Below, one piece after another: positions 27,868 through 45,644 of a stretch of 64,000 nt of DNA (position 1 is the first letter of the stretch; each line of letters opens with the position of its first letter). Origin of the DNA: the human T2T-CHM13v2.0 reference genome, Homo sapiens; assembly GCF_009914755.1 (NCBI RefSeq), contig NC_060931.1. One strand, written 5' to 3'. The notes below the pieces were generated by a model. It was not told the DNA's origin, did not search any database, and saw only the letters and a list, made by a program, of their open reading frames with translations. The position numbers and the translations under genes were made by a program.

Positions 27868-28020
27868 AATTGTGACTTTGAGCAAATAACAGCCCTGTGC
27901 CTCCACGTTTCCTTCATTGTAAAATGGAGATAATAATAGACTTCCTTAAAATATTGCTATGACTATTAAATGATACAGAACATATAAACTGCTTAGAACA
28001 GTAAATGCTAGCTCTTATTT
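27868..28020 (+). mobile_element. MIR
   Basis: tgtgactttgagcaaataacagccctgtgcctccacgtttccttcattgtaaaatggagataataata. Confidence 0.75.
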
Positions 28021-28199
28021 TTAATATTATATTGCATGAAGTGGTTACCTAATTTAATTTTATATATTTGAGGACAGATTTGTAGCAATTTTTGTTTGTT
28101 CCATTTTGTCTTTTTGAATGACAAGTAAAAGGAAGTGAGGGTTATTTATTGTAATAAACAGATGTTGTAGAGGTTATGATAAAAACATTCACCAAAATC

Positions 28200-28283
28200 C
28201 CACAAATCGCCGCTAAAGAAATTACTCATGTAACCAAATCCCACCTGTTCCCCAAAAACCTATAGAAATAAAAAATTTTAAAA
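28200..28283 (+). mobile_element. L1PB 3'-terminal fragment
   Basis: cacaaatcgccgctaaagaaattactcatgtaaccaaatcccacctgttccccaaaaacctatagaaataaaaa. Confidence 0.7.
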
Positions 28284-28326
28284 GTTCACCTATATGAAAG
28301 AATATTGAAAGAATGGAGATAGCCAT

Positions 28327-28767
28327 TGTGACAGGTAATTTTATGTGTCAATTTGATTGGCCTAAGGGATGCCCAGATAGCTGGTAAAACATTGTATCTG
28401 AGGGTATCTGTGAGGGCGTTTCTAAAGAGATTAGGATTTGAATCTGTAGACTGAATAAAGAATATGGTCTTCACCAATGCAGTGGGCATCACCCAATCCA
28501 CTGAAGGCCCACATAAAACAAAAAAAGCTGGAGGAAGGGTGAATTTGCAATCTCGGAGATGGTGCATCCATTTTTCTCCTGCCCTTGGACATCTGTCCTG
28601 GTTCTCAGGCCTTTGGACTCAGATTGAATTACATCACCAGCTTTCCTGTTTCTCCAGCTTGCAGACAGCAGATCATGAGACTTAGCCTCCGTAGGCACAT
28701 GGACCAATTCCTGTAACCTCTCTCTGTCTCAATCTCTGCCTCTGTTCCTCTGGGTAACCCTAATACC
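28327..28767 (+). mobile_element. MLT2 (MLT2D-like) ERVL solo LTR
   Basis: tgtgacaggtaattttatgtgtcaatttgattggcctaagggatgcccagatagctggtaaaacatt...ctccagcttgcagacagcagatc...gggtaaccctaatac. Confidence 0.85.
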
Positions 28768-28969
28768 AATCTTCTCCATTGCTCTTGAAAATGGAATGAT
28801 GATTTGCACATGAATATCCCATACATACAATTGTTAGTCATCAAAACAAATAACAGAATTTTTATCTATGGCAATGAGATAGGAGGTAAAATGCCAATAT
28901 AAAGATAAAGAAGTTGTGAAGATAATTCCTGGAGAGACTTTAAAGCACTGTGATTTAAAGACCTTACAT

Positions 28970-29591
28970 TTTTGTTGTTGTTTTAACTTTTAAGTTCAGG
29001 GGTACAGGTGCAGGTATTTTGCATAGGTAAACTTGTTTCATGGGTGTTTGTTGTACTGATTATTTCATCACCCAGGTATTAAGCCTAGTAACCGTTAGTT
29101 ATTTTTCCTGATCCTCTCTCTCCTCCCTCTCAACTACCCTCTGAAAGGCCCCAGTGTGTGTTGTTCCCCTCTATGTGTCTATGTGTTCTCATCGTTTAGA
29201 TCCCACTTATAAGTGAGATCATGCAGTGTTTGGTTTTCTGTTTCTGTGTTAGTTTGCTGAGGATAATGGCTTCCAACTCCATCCATGTCCCTGCAAAAGA
29301 CATGATCTTGCTCCTTTTATGGCTGTATGGTATTCCATGGTTTAAATGTACCACACTTTCTTTATCTAGTCTATCACTGATGGGCATTTAGGTTGATTCC
29401 ATATCTTTGCTATTGTCAATAGTGCTGCAATGAACATATGCATGCATATGTCTTTATAATGGAATGATTTATATTTATTTGGGTGTATATACCCAGAAAT
29501 GGAATTCCTGGTTAGAATGGTATTTCTGTCTTTAGGTCTTTCAGGAATCACAATGACTGAACTAATTTACAGTTCCACCGACAGTGTATAT
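28970..29591 (-). mobile_element. L1PA12-16-like 3' end
   Basis: acttttaagttcaggggtacaggtgcagg...gattatttcatcacccaggtattaagcctagta. ORF 29196..29387 resembles the ORF2 C-terminus. Confidence 0.85.
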
Positions 29592-29592
29592 G

Positions 29593-29898
29593 TGATCATG
29601 TCCTTTGCAGGGACATGGATGAAGCTGGAGGCCATTATCCTTAGCAAAATAATACAGGAACAGAAAGCCAAATACCACATATTCTCACTTATAAGTGATG
29701 AGAACACATGGACACATAGGGGGAACAACACACACTTGGGTCTTTCAGAACGTAGAGGGTGGGAGGAGGGAGAGGTCAGGAAAAAAATAACTAATGGGTA
29801 CTACTAGGCTTAATACCTGCATGATGAAATAATTTGTACATTATCTATGTTACAAACCTGCACTTGTACCCCCAAACTTAAATTAACATTTTAAAAAA
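29593..29898 (+). mobile_element. Second L1PA12-16-like 3' end, head-to-head with the previous one
   Basis: gatcatgtcctttgcagggacatggatgaagctggaggccattatcc...ctaggcttaatacctg...aaacctgcacttgtacccccaaacttaaa. Confidence 0.85.
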
Positions 29899-29899
29899 G

Positions 29900-30540
29900 A
29901 TTTATTTTTATACTTTCTCTTGAGTTTTATAATTTTCACTCTTTTATTTTGTTCCATGATTCATTTTGAGTTATTTTTGTAGATGAAGTGAAAAAAAGAG
30001 TTCAACCTCAGTCTTTTTAAATGTAGATACTCAGTTTTAAAACCGTTTGCTCAAAAGACTGTTTTTTCTCTCTTTTCTTTTCTTGAAACCTTTGTCAAAA
30101 ATCAGTTGACCGTAATATAAGAGTTTATATCTAAATTCACAATTTATTTCATTGATTCTTTTTCATTGACTTATATGCCTATCCTTATGCAAATCATACT
30201 GTCTTACTATAGCTTTGTGTTTGGAGTATATTTTGAGGTAAAATATGTGAGTTCTCCAACTTAGTTCTGATTTTTGGGATGATTTTGGCTATTCTAGGTT
30301 TCTTATATTTCCATATAAACTTAAAATAAGCTTGTTAATTTCTACAAGAAAAAGCAGTTGTGATTTTCATAGACATTGTGTAAAAGCTATTGATCCTTTT
30401 AGAAAGTATTATCCTTTTCATGATATTAAGTTTTTCAATCCATAAACATGGTAGGGTGGTTTCTATTCATTTTAATTTCTTTGATTGCTTTAATTCTTTA
30501 ATTTCTTTCAGCATGTTTTATAGTTTTTAAGTATAAATTT
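29900..30540 (-). mobile_element. Old L1M ORF2 fragment (old L1M sequence resumes at ~35727-36225)
   Basis: ccatgattcattttgagttatttttgtag, aaacctttgtcaaaaatcagttgacc, gattgttttggctattctagg-type antisense ORF2 motifs. Confidence 0.7.
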
Positions 30541-30547
30541 CACCCAT

Positions 30548-35719
<5,172 letters not shown>

Positions 35720-36829
35720 CACCCATTCTAGATTTTAATGACTTGAGTCTAATTTCTTTTTGTCTCGCTCAGTTTAAGCTCAAGGTTTCTCAGTTTTGCT
35801 GATCTTTTCAAAAATGAACATTTAGTTTTATTAATTTCTCTATTGTTTTTCCATTTAATTTGTTTTATCTCATTTTTATAATTTTCTTTATTCTTTTTTT
35901 AAGTTTACTCTGTTCTTCTTTTTACAGTTTCTTAAGGTGGAGAGTTATGATACAGACTTTACATCTCTTTACATTCCTCTTCTTCTTTTTAAATGTAGTT
36001 ATTTGTCACCATAAATTTTCCTCTAAATAATATTTCAAATGTACTCCATAAGCTTGGGGATGTTGTATTTTTTTCATCTATCTAAAAGTATTTTCTAACT
36101 TTCCTTGGCATTTCTTCTTTATTCATTGATTATTATTAGTTTATTGCTTAATTTCTTAATATTTGTGAATTTTCTGAATTTTATTTAATGAGTTATAATT
36201 TTATTTCATTGTGGTCAGAAAACACTACTACTGCCCCTCCTCTTAATTGCCTACTATCACAATTTCCATTGTTTTAAAAAGTACCCTCAAGTTTGGACTT
36301 CCATACACTCTGTTACACATAGTTATCTCTCTTGGGGAGAGCTGCACTGTTCACTGTTCTCTGTTCTTACTGTCTCTTCCTTCTGAGCTAAACATTTTTA
36401 CCCCTGTTCTACAGCTGGAGGCAGGGAGAATGGCCTGTGTCTCTCAGAGTAATACCTCTTCTTCATGATCAGGGCACTGGGCTGGGCTGGTAGCCTCTGG
36501 TCCTCTTGGCTTCTCTCTTCCAACATGGCATCTCCTTCCTATGACTGCACTTGGGCAAGTTTCATCCAGAGCCCATTATCCTCAACCTTCTGCTCAGGAA
36601 GTAGAGCCTCCACTGTATGAATGAAGGGTGAGTTGAAGAACGGAGGCTCAAAATTCTCAGAAACTCTTTCCTGGAATATAGTTTCTGCAACATGGAGCTA
36701 AGAAAGGAAAGAAATGCTGGTGTATTCCCTTCCCAAGAAGACAAGGCCATCTTTGTTTTATATCTAGAGGAAGAGGGAGCCCTGTGTTCTTAGCTGTACT
36801 TAACTAAAGTACAACTTTCCTTTTACTTA

Positions 36830-37092
36830 ATTTTTTTGTTGATACATATTAGATGTACATATTTTGGAGGTACATGTGATAATTTGACACATTCATATAA
36901 TCAAATCAGAGTAACTGGAGTATCTATCACCTTAAATATTTTTCTTTACGCTAAGAACATTCTAATTATTCCATCTAGCTATTTTAAAATGTACAATCGA
37001 TTAATGTTTACTATAGTCACCCTACTGATCTATCAAACACCAGGTCTTATTTCTTTTATCTAAATGTATATTTGTACCCATTAATCAACTAC
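36830..37092 (-). mobile_element. L1MA 3' end fragment, embedded in older L1M 5'-region remnants (~36230-37330)
   Basis: gatacatattagatgtacatattttggaggtacatgtgataatttgacac...ctatagtcaccctactgatctatcaaacac. Confidence 0.8.
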
Positions 37093-40000
37093 TTTCATAA
37101 TGTTAACCTTGGAGAAGGAAGAGAAACGGTGATGGTTCAAATGTCACTGACTCTTGCTCTTTTATCAACATTGAGAAGTTGTTTTTTGAATAAATGTGTC
37201 TTTAATTGTTGGATGTTGTTAGGGCAATTTCTAGAGATTGTAAACTGTTATTTTTTAAAGAATTGTTCACCAGTTATGTTGTTTCGTTGCAGAGATGGTC
37301 CATGAAGATCTTCACACTGCCATTCTAGAATGCAACTCTGTATTCTCACTTTGCCTCATTGCATAATCATCTGTATCTATGTTGATATGCACATAGTCAA
37401 TTATTCTAGTATATGTATATTGTTTTATTCTTATGTAACGCTTCTAGTTTGCTTTTTCATATTTACAAGGCCAAGAATGGCCATTAAGATTCAAGGCTTG
37501 TCTTATCTTATAGTAGGCACTTACTTATAATATATAAATAAAATAACTACCAGTGCTTGTATCTACGTTAAGCACTTTTAATATGACATTTCATTTAATC
37601 CTATAGCAGACTATGAATTAAAAATTTTGATCCTGATTTTACACAGAAAAATTTAGGTACGAGAGATTAAATAGCCTCTCAGGATTGAAACCAGACTCAT
37701 TTTTCTTTAGAGTACATAACCACTCATCTGGTTATAATCAGATCTTAAATAAAACATTATCTGATTATAACCAAATAGGATGTTTTCTCTTTGTTTCAAA
37801 TGTTGTAAGCTAAATATAGCTGTTTTCAGGGACACAGAAACATCATAGGGAATAGTGGGAAAACTGTTCTCACTTTCTCTCTCTTTCTCTGCATAACCTC
37901 CCACCACAACTTTCTCTGTCCTTTACTGATCCATTTCTCCTTTTTTATTACCCCCAAACATGGACTTTTGAATAGCTAATACATTTCACCAATGGTTATG
38001 TAATATTTTAAACAAGACATTTTGGATTCTTCTATAAAAATTATTCATTGCTTTTACTGCTAGCAATTTAAGTACTTTGACTCTATCCCAATTTGAAGAA
38101 AATACTTTTGCTGTGTTTTAAGACACAGGATACTATTATGAGTAATTTGTCTACGGGTTCAGATCTTCATAGCCATTTGCTCAGCTCACAGACTAACAGA
38201 CTAATGCTCATCCACGTCACCTTTTAAGTATGTTTAGAAGACTGACAACAGATGTTAAAATAGGATACACAAAAATTACATTAAGTATCAAAGCTATCTT
38301 ATTCAATTCAGTTGTAATCTTGGTCAAAGATTTTTGAAGTTTGTTTATTTATTTTTAGGAATCCTATTAAAGACATTGATGTTACATGATTTTTTTTTTC
38401 TGTTTTTAGAAAGTCCGCAGCAATACTGTTCCTTGGGATGTCTCCTCAGAGCCCAGCTGATCTTTACACATTTTCATGAGCTAGAAAGAAAAAAAGACTG
38501 ATAGAAAAATAGTGATGCACTTATAGGCTCTGATCAAAAGGGAATTTAAGCAAATATTGTGTAGGTATGGCAAACATAGAACACCAAATCTCTGTCTTCT
38601 TGGTTTCTGTTCTCAAAAGCCATTTCCTTTTTCTTCAACATGCCCAGTGTTTTTCTATGACAATCACAAGTGGCCAGGTATACTTTCAAGATATTTTATA
38701 CAAGGGTATTGAAAATATTTAGATACACATAATTGCTTCCTTGAGAATAGGTTAGTTTGAGCAGAGTGTTAAATTGTAGGCCCTGGCCAAGAAGTGGTGA
38801 TGAAATTTTAGTTGAAGGATAGAGGTAGTTTGTTGAATTAAAAACCAATTTGGTTTCCAAGTTAACTTTTTTCTTATGGGCTATACATAATCATATAATT
38901 AAATACAGATTGTATATATATCAAGAAAATATAAGGCATATATTTTCTGCCTTAGAAAAATCAAGAAATAAGGAATATAAAGAGTGAAATAAGACTTAAT
39001 TCCTCTTACATAATAGGGCAGGTTAATTAAATGATCATGAAAACGAGTAAGAAGCAGCCCTGACATTAGTGAATTTCTTTTAAGGCAAGAAGCTGAAATA
39101 AGCGTGATGGGACTTTTAAAACACAAAGAACCAGTGACTACCTGTGGCCAGGCATATATTTTTCCAGAAATAGAAAAGAAACAAAAGTTCAGTTAAGAGA
39201 TGATTTATATGTGACAAGAGAATTTACTGTCAAAGATATCAATTTATTCTTAAATTTTATGCTTTTTCTGCTCTTGCTTTAAAAGACATCTTAAGCTTTC
39301 TTAAAGGTCATTACAAGTATCTGATAAATATTTAAGCTACCAACTTAACAAGAAGTTGTGTTTTAAAGAGAAAAGCATCTGGAAGGGAATTGTTTATTAT
39401 TTCTCATATTTCCAGTGGCCTATGTCTAGGAAAACCCCCTGCAGTGGAGAAATTCGGATTTTAGTTGGTAGCTTCCAGTACTGCATGCTCAGTACTTAGG
39501 AGGAAAATGATTAGTATCAGTGGAGTTAGTTCTACATTTCCAAACATGTTAAGTGACAATCAACATCAAAATTTCCTTTCAAAGAAAGCATCTTTTTTTT
39601 TTTTTTTCTGTTCTTTGGAAGAAAAGAGATAGAGAACAAGAGCCTGTTCTTTGAAATGCAATCTCATTGCCCAAAAGGCAGTGTGTTTGAAATCACAGCT
39701 ATGGCAAGTATTAAGCTCATCTGCCTGTAAAGCACAAGCACAGCTGTTTCCCTAGGGTGCATTGTTAGACTTTTTGATCTTCAAAGAACCAACAGAGCTA
39801 AGATACATGTAACCCTTTTTGTAACAGCTCCTCTTAGTGCTTAATCCCTCTGCACAGTCCCTCTCTCCTGCTAGGCAATTAGAATGGTCTGGAGCTTTTC
39901 AAAGCAATGGTACAGGTTGTCTTACCTTGATGTCCTGATTGCCCAAGACTCAAAGGGAAATTCTTCTAAAGGGGTTAAAATGCAGTGATCTCTTGCAAAG

Positions 40001-40578
40001 TCATGGTATAGCCTAAAATCCAGCCTCCTGCAGGGAAGACAAAGGAAAGAAAGCAGGGTAGACAATTCAACAAAATGATGTAGTCAATTCAACGAATACT
40101 TCTGTTGTCTCCTGCTTATAATAGCCTAGTGTATTTGCGGCACTGTTCTCTGTGCTTTCTATACTTTATTTTATTTAATCTTTATAATGAACCAGTGATG
40201 AGCATATTTGTTGGTTTCCCAAGAAAAGCATGCAGTGTTCCTCTTGGACCATTTCCCAATCCTCTCTTCAGTCATTTGCTAAAAATGAGTTAAGACCAAG
40301 ATCTAGTTGCCTCACCTCAAAAAGGAGGTATCCATATCTGGATCCCTCAAACTTCAGGTTTCATATTGGACTTTAGTCCTAAAGTATAATAATTTGCACA
40401 AAACACAGAAATAGTAACAGCTAGAAATGTTCTTCACTCACTCTCATTTGGTAACCAGACTTTGAACAGTGGCATGAGGTGGTTACACTCTAAGCTTTGG
40501 GATAAATGGCCCTATCACTCTCACTCCTTTTCCTTTGTCACTAAGAGGTATCATTTTATATTTTATTTTTTCACAATT

Positions 40579-40937
40579 TGTATTCATGTTTTCATACTGC
40601 TATAAAGAAATACCCCAAACTGGGTAATTCATAAAGAAAGAGAGGTTTATTGGACTTACAGTTCCACATGGCTGGGGAGGCCTCACAATCGTGACAGAAG
40701 GTGAAGGAGGAGCAAAGTCACGTCTTCATGGTGGCAGGCAAGAGAGCATGTGCAGGGAAACTGACCTTTATAAAACAATGAGATCTCATGAGACTTATTC
40801 ACTACCACCAAAATAGCATGGGAAAAATAACACTCCCATGATTCAGTTACCTCCCACTGGGTCCCTCCCACAACCTGTGGGGATTATGGGAGCAGTTCAA
40901 GATGAGATTTGGGTGAAGACACAGCCAAACCATATCA
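40579..40937 (-). mobile_element. THE1C-like solo LTR
   Basis: tgtattcatgttttcatactgctataaagaaatacc...gatgagatttgggtgaagacacagccaaaccatatca. Confidence 0.92.
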
Positions 40938-41234
40938 CCATCAAAATGCTAAATTGAAATAAAATTCAGACTTTGGTGCAGACATAAATGGAACAGGCTT
41001 ACCTACTTTGATTTGAGGTCGAAAGGAAAAAGAGGAAACAGCAAAGTTTTCCAGACTTTGTTACACACTTCTGCACTAGAGTTTGAGCTTAGAAAACCCT
41101 GCCTGCTCCATGCTAGCTTCAAGGACTTCTTGGGCAGAGGTGACTATGGTAAGGCAAAATTGGGGCATGTGGCTTTGGTCAAATGTCAGAATGCCATCTT
41201 AATTGCCCTACAGCGCATAAAATCTCAACAGAAT

Positions 41235-41375
41235 TGCTATTTCAGTTTTACAAATGAGGTAACTCAACAGTAGGGAGTTTAAATAATTTGCCCAAGCTCA
41301 TAGAGGGCTAATACGTAGCAGAAGCTGACTTGGAACCCAGGGTCACCTAATTCCAGAGTTTTACTCTTAACAACC
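41235..41375 (-). mobile_element. MIR
   Basis: cagttttacaaatgaggtaactca...aataatttgcccaagctcatag...ttggaacccagg...ctcttaacaac. Confidence 0.7.
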
Positions 41376-43778
41376 ATCTTACACTAAAACAGTTTTTAAG
41401 AATAAAGTAGCAATCCAGACCATGTACAAACACCAAGTGAATGGGGTGGTGGACTGTGCTAGCAGAATTGAGATGAAGTAGCTATTGCAGTGGACCATGA
41501 GTCTTCATAAGGATCTCCTGATCCATAATGAAGCACAAATACTGAAAAGCAAGGAACTTTAAGCAGGACACAGAAACAGGAAAGGGAAAGTCCAGCCCAG
41601 TTCAATATGGCATGCTTTCAGTGGGCTGTTTGTAACCTGATACATTTATGTTGGTGTCCAGGAAGAATGCCCAATGAAATAAACCTGAAGATAGCCAGAA
41701 GCTCGGAGTCTCACTCCCAGCTCTGCTATGGTACCCCTCTTCTTGTATTCCCTCTTATTGACCCCACCCAGGCATTAACTCATTTAGAGAGCTCAATGTT
41801 TATTTTCACTTTACTTCTTCAACCACACACACACACACACAAATAAAAATAAAATAAAAATAGGCCTGGGAAATTCAAATATAGTTTAAAAAACCATGAA
41901 ACAGAAGATGAAAATTTTGAAAATTCTAACATTGTATTTCATGCACCAAAATTGCCACTCCAGTTATAGAGTATTATCTCCTAATCAAAATTCTCCCTTT
42001 TTAGTTTAGTTAACAAGCTGGGAGTGTTCTTTCTTAATATTTGATTTTTAAAGTAAAATGTTATTGAACTAAATAAAAGCCTAAATGATGTAAATCATGT
42101 GAACATGATTGAGACTTATATGAATTTGAATACATGTAATGGAAGATCATGTATGATGTGTGTATTTTTATATTTGACACAAATTTCCTGAAGCTCTTTA
42201 AATAACATTATCTTAAGATAGACCATAATGACATAACTTTTTTTATTTTTTGGTAAATATGAAATATCTGAAGTGTCCCCTGGGAGGCATGGGTTTGAAA
42301 TTTACAAAGTTTTTCTGTTTAACATTTCTTTATTATGTTTCTCACATAATGTATGTTATTTTTCTATTTAAAGAACTAAACACAATTAGGAAATAAATTC
42401 AAAGACAAAGATTCTAGTTTTTTACTATGAATAATTGGACAATCTTTTTCATTAAAAAAAAACTTTTTGAAAAGAGCCAATTGAGTATTTCAGGGCATTT
42501 CCCATAACACTTCCTGCCCACGAGAAAATTTTTCTTTTCTTCCCTAGTACATCTTATTTGTCTTGGTGGAGAAAAGCCTGATGGTAATAATAATGAAGCT
42601 GTATTTTAGGAACAATGGAATGGGATTCAAATTTTGGGTTGCCATTGGATTTAAGATGTATATGTGTCTTTCTGGTAGGCAGGGAGTTCTAAACTCGAAA
42701 TGCAATTGATTTGTGCTATGAGACTTTTTCACTTGAGAAAAGTGTGCAAATTTCATTCTGCTTCCTCTAGAGCTGTATTTGATGTGCTCATGTCAGTTTG
42801 TAAGTAGAGAAACAGCAGAGTATATAAGTTTTTATATACTACGGATGGATTTGGAATACACTGGAGGATTTGGAATACTTTTTAAGCAGAGGGCACGTTT
42901 TTTCAGATAAAGGCTCCAAAAATCAAATTTTATATAAAATCTATCAAAAAATATATTTTGGCTAAAATTAACTGGAGTCCAGATTCCTGCCCTTTCAGAG
43001 TCATGTGATGGGACTGGAACACTAAGAAGCTCATGGAACTTTACGGCTTTGCCTGAAAACTGTTTGAAAACCTCTGCTTTTGACTACTTATTAGAATATG
43101 TGAAACTCTGGGATTAAAAAAAAAAGTTTCTCAAAGTGGAGGAATTAAAGTATTCAAGGAAGGAAAAGAGAGCACAGCATGGTCCTTTTTGTAGAAAAGC
43201 ATCTTTTCAAAATCTATTTGGAGCTCATTGCATTTGACAATGTTAAAATGATATATTTGTTCCTAGCCCAGTATTTCAAATACCCAAATGTCTGAGGAAA
43301 CAAAAACATGACTGAAATGAATCTATTAAGAGCCTTAAGTTCTTCTGAGATGTAAAGAGTAAACCACCAATTTCACCTTAGGACTGTGATCATATGGTTT
43401 ATGATGCCCCTGAAAACTTTTAGTCCTTGAGTCAGGAAAACTTTGACATCATCTGCTAGAAAATAACCTAGTGGAAAACACAAAGAGAATTAAGGTTCAA
43501 TAATGACATATTCTTAATTTTGGAAGGCAATGCCTGTTTCAAATAGTTGATCATGTGGTCAGACTCCTTGTCCCAATTTTTGGTTCAGAAATATCGTATC
43601 CATAATTACGTGGGGTGTGCATGTGAATAACAAATACATAGAAGACTAATGGCAATCAGAGCTTGTAGAAGATTTAATTTAACAACAGTCCACAATTTTA
43701 GTCTAATATGGCTCTCTAAGGACAATGTTTATAAATTTTAACAATAAGATAAAAAGTAAAATAAACCTAACTGTATAA

Positions 43779-44089
43779 GGATGAAATTGGAAACCATCAT
43801 TCTCAGTAAACTATCGCAAGAACAAAAAACCAAACACCGCATATTCTCACTCATAGGTGGGAATTCAACAATGAGATCACATGGACACAGGAAGGGGAAT
43901 ATCACACTCTGGGGACTGTGGTGGGGAGGGGGGAGGGGGGAGGGATAGCATTGGGAGATATACCTAATGCAAGATGACGAGTTAGTGGGTGCAGTGCACC
44001 AGCATGGCACAGGTATACATATGTAACTAACCTGCACAATGTGCACATGTACCCTAAAACTTAAAGTATAATTAAAAAAAAAAAAAAAG
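43779..44089 (+). mobile_element. 5'-truncated L1PA2-like 3' end
   Basis: gaaaccatcattctcagtaaactatcgcaagaac, gagatcacatgg, gaatatcacactctgg. GAG (not Ta ACA or pre-Ta ACG) at the diagnostic site. Poly(A) tail. Confidence 0.9.
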
Positions 44090-44265
44090 AAAATATAAAA
44101 ACTCTAACAGTCAAAAAAAATTGATCATATAAACTTATTAGATAATTATTTCAATTTATTCCGAAATAACTATTTTGACCATATATCCCTGACGATATAT
44201 CTCTTAAGGGAAAAAATATAACCACAAAGAAATATTTGGCTTATCTCAGTATTTCTTCTAAATAA

Positions 44266-44566
<301 letters not shown>

Positions 44567-44905
44567 AATATTGGTATTATTATTTTGATGTAGATAAAAC
44601 AAATAAGCAATTGTGTTAATGTCTTGAGAATCATTTTTGTTTAAGATAATCAAGTAATTCAAATATGAACCTATTATTTAAATTTGAATATAAAATATAT
44701 TGTTCTTTATTTCACTCTAAAAACATATATTTTCTGTTCTGTACATTGAGAAACCTTAGAACCAACAGTACTCCAGTAAAAATGAGCATTCCTACAACCA
44801 GACTACAGTCTATAAACATGATTTCTTACTGAAATGAATCAGGACTCTTTGAGAAAATGCTGATTCTGGTTTAGGGTGATAAATATGCAAGCTGAACCTG
44901 GGATA

Positions 44906-45246
44906 CGGTCATGTATCACTTAATGTTGGGGATGCATTCTGAGAAAAGCACTGTTAGGCAATTTCATCATGTGGGAACATCACACAGTGTACTTATGTAA
45001 ACCTAGATGGTATAGACTGCTACACACCAATGCTTTATCGTGTAACCTATAGCTCCTGTGCTACCAATCTGCACAGAATGTTACTGGACTGAATAATGTA
45101 GGCAATCGTAATACAATGGTAAATACACGTGTATGTAAACATAGCTAAACATAGAAAAAGTACAATAAAATTACCTTATAATCTTATGTGACCACTATCA
45201 TATGCGGTTCACAGTTGACTAAAATGTCATTATTGGCACATGACTG
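44906..45246 (-). mobile_element. Tigger3a (MER7A) MITE
   Basis: TIR-like ends cggtcatg...catgactg. Internal aacctagatggtatagactgctacacacc and ataatcttatgtgaccac. Confidence 0.85.
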
Positions 45247-45294
45247 CATTTTGTCATATCAAAAAATGGAAAAGCAAGTTAAAAAAGCTATCGT

Positions 45295-45578
45295 GGCCAG
45301 GCACAGTGGCTCACACCTGTAATCCCAGTAGTTTGCGAGGCAGAGGCAGGCAGGTTGGGAGTTTAAAACCAGCCTGGCCAACATGGTAAATCTCCATCTC
45401 TACTAAAAATACAAAAAATAGACGGGTGTGGTGGCGGGTGCCTGTAATCCCAGCAACTCAGGAGGCTGAGGCAAGAGAATCGCTTGAACCCGGGAGGCAG
45501 AGTTTTCAGTGAGCCAAGATCACACCACTGCACTCCAGCCTGAGCAACAGAGCAAGACTCTGTCTCAAAAAAAAAAAA

Positions 45579-45641
<63 letters not shown>
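45295..45641 (+). mobile_element. AluSx-like with (GAAA)n tail
   Basis: Alu consensus with a small left-arm deletion. TSD aaaaaagctatc. Confidence 0.9.
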
Positions 45642-45642
<1 letters not shown>

Positions 45643-45644
45643 AA
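45581..45644. repeat. (GAAA)16 microsatellite
   Basis: Pure tetranucleotide run in the Alu tail, counted directly. Confidence 0.95.

Noticed and set aside
42875-43080. Possible hAT-Charlie MER remnant
   Set aside because: Only the terminal motif (tttgaaaacctctg) is suggestive; too diverged to call.
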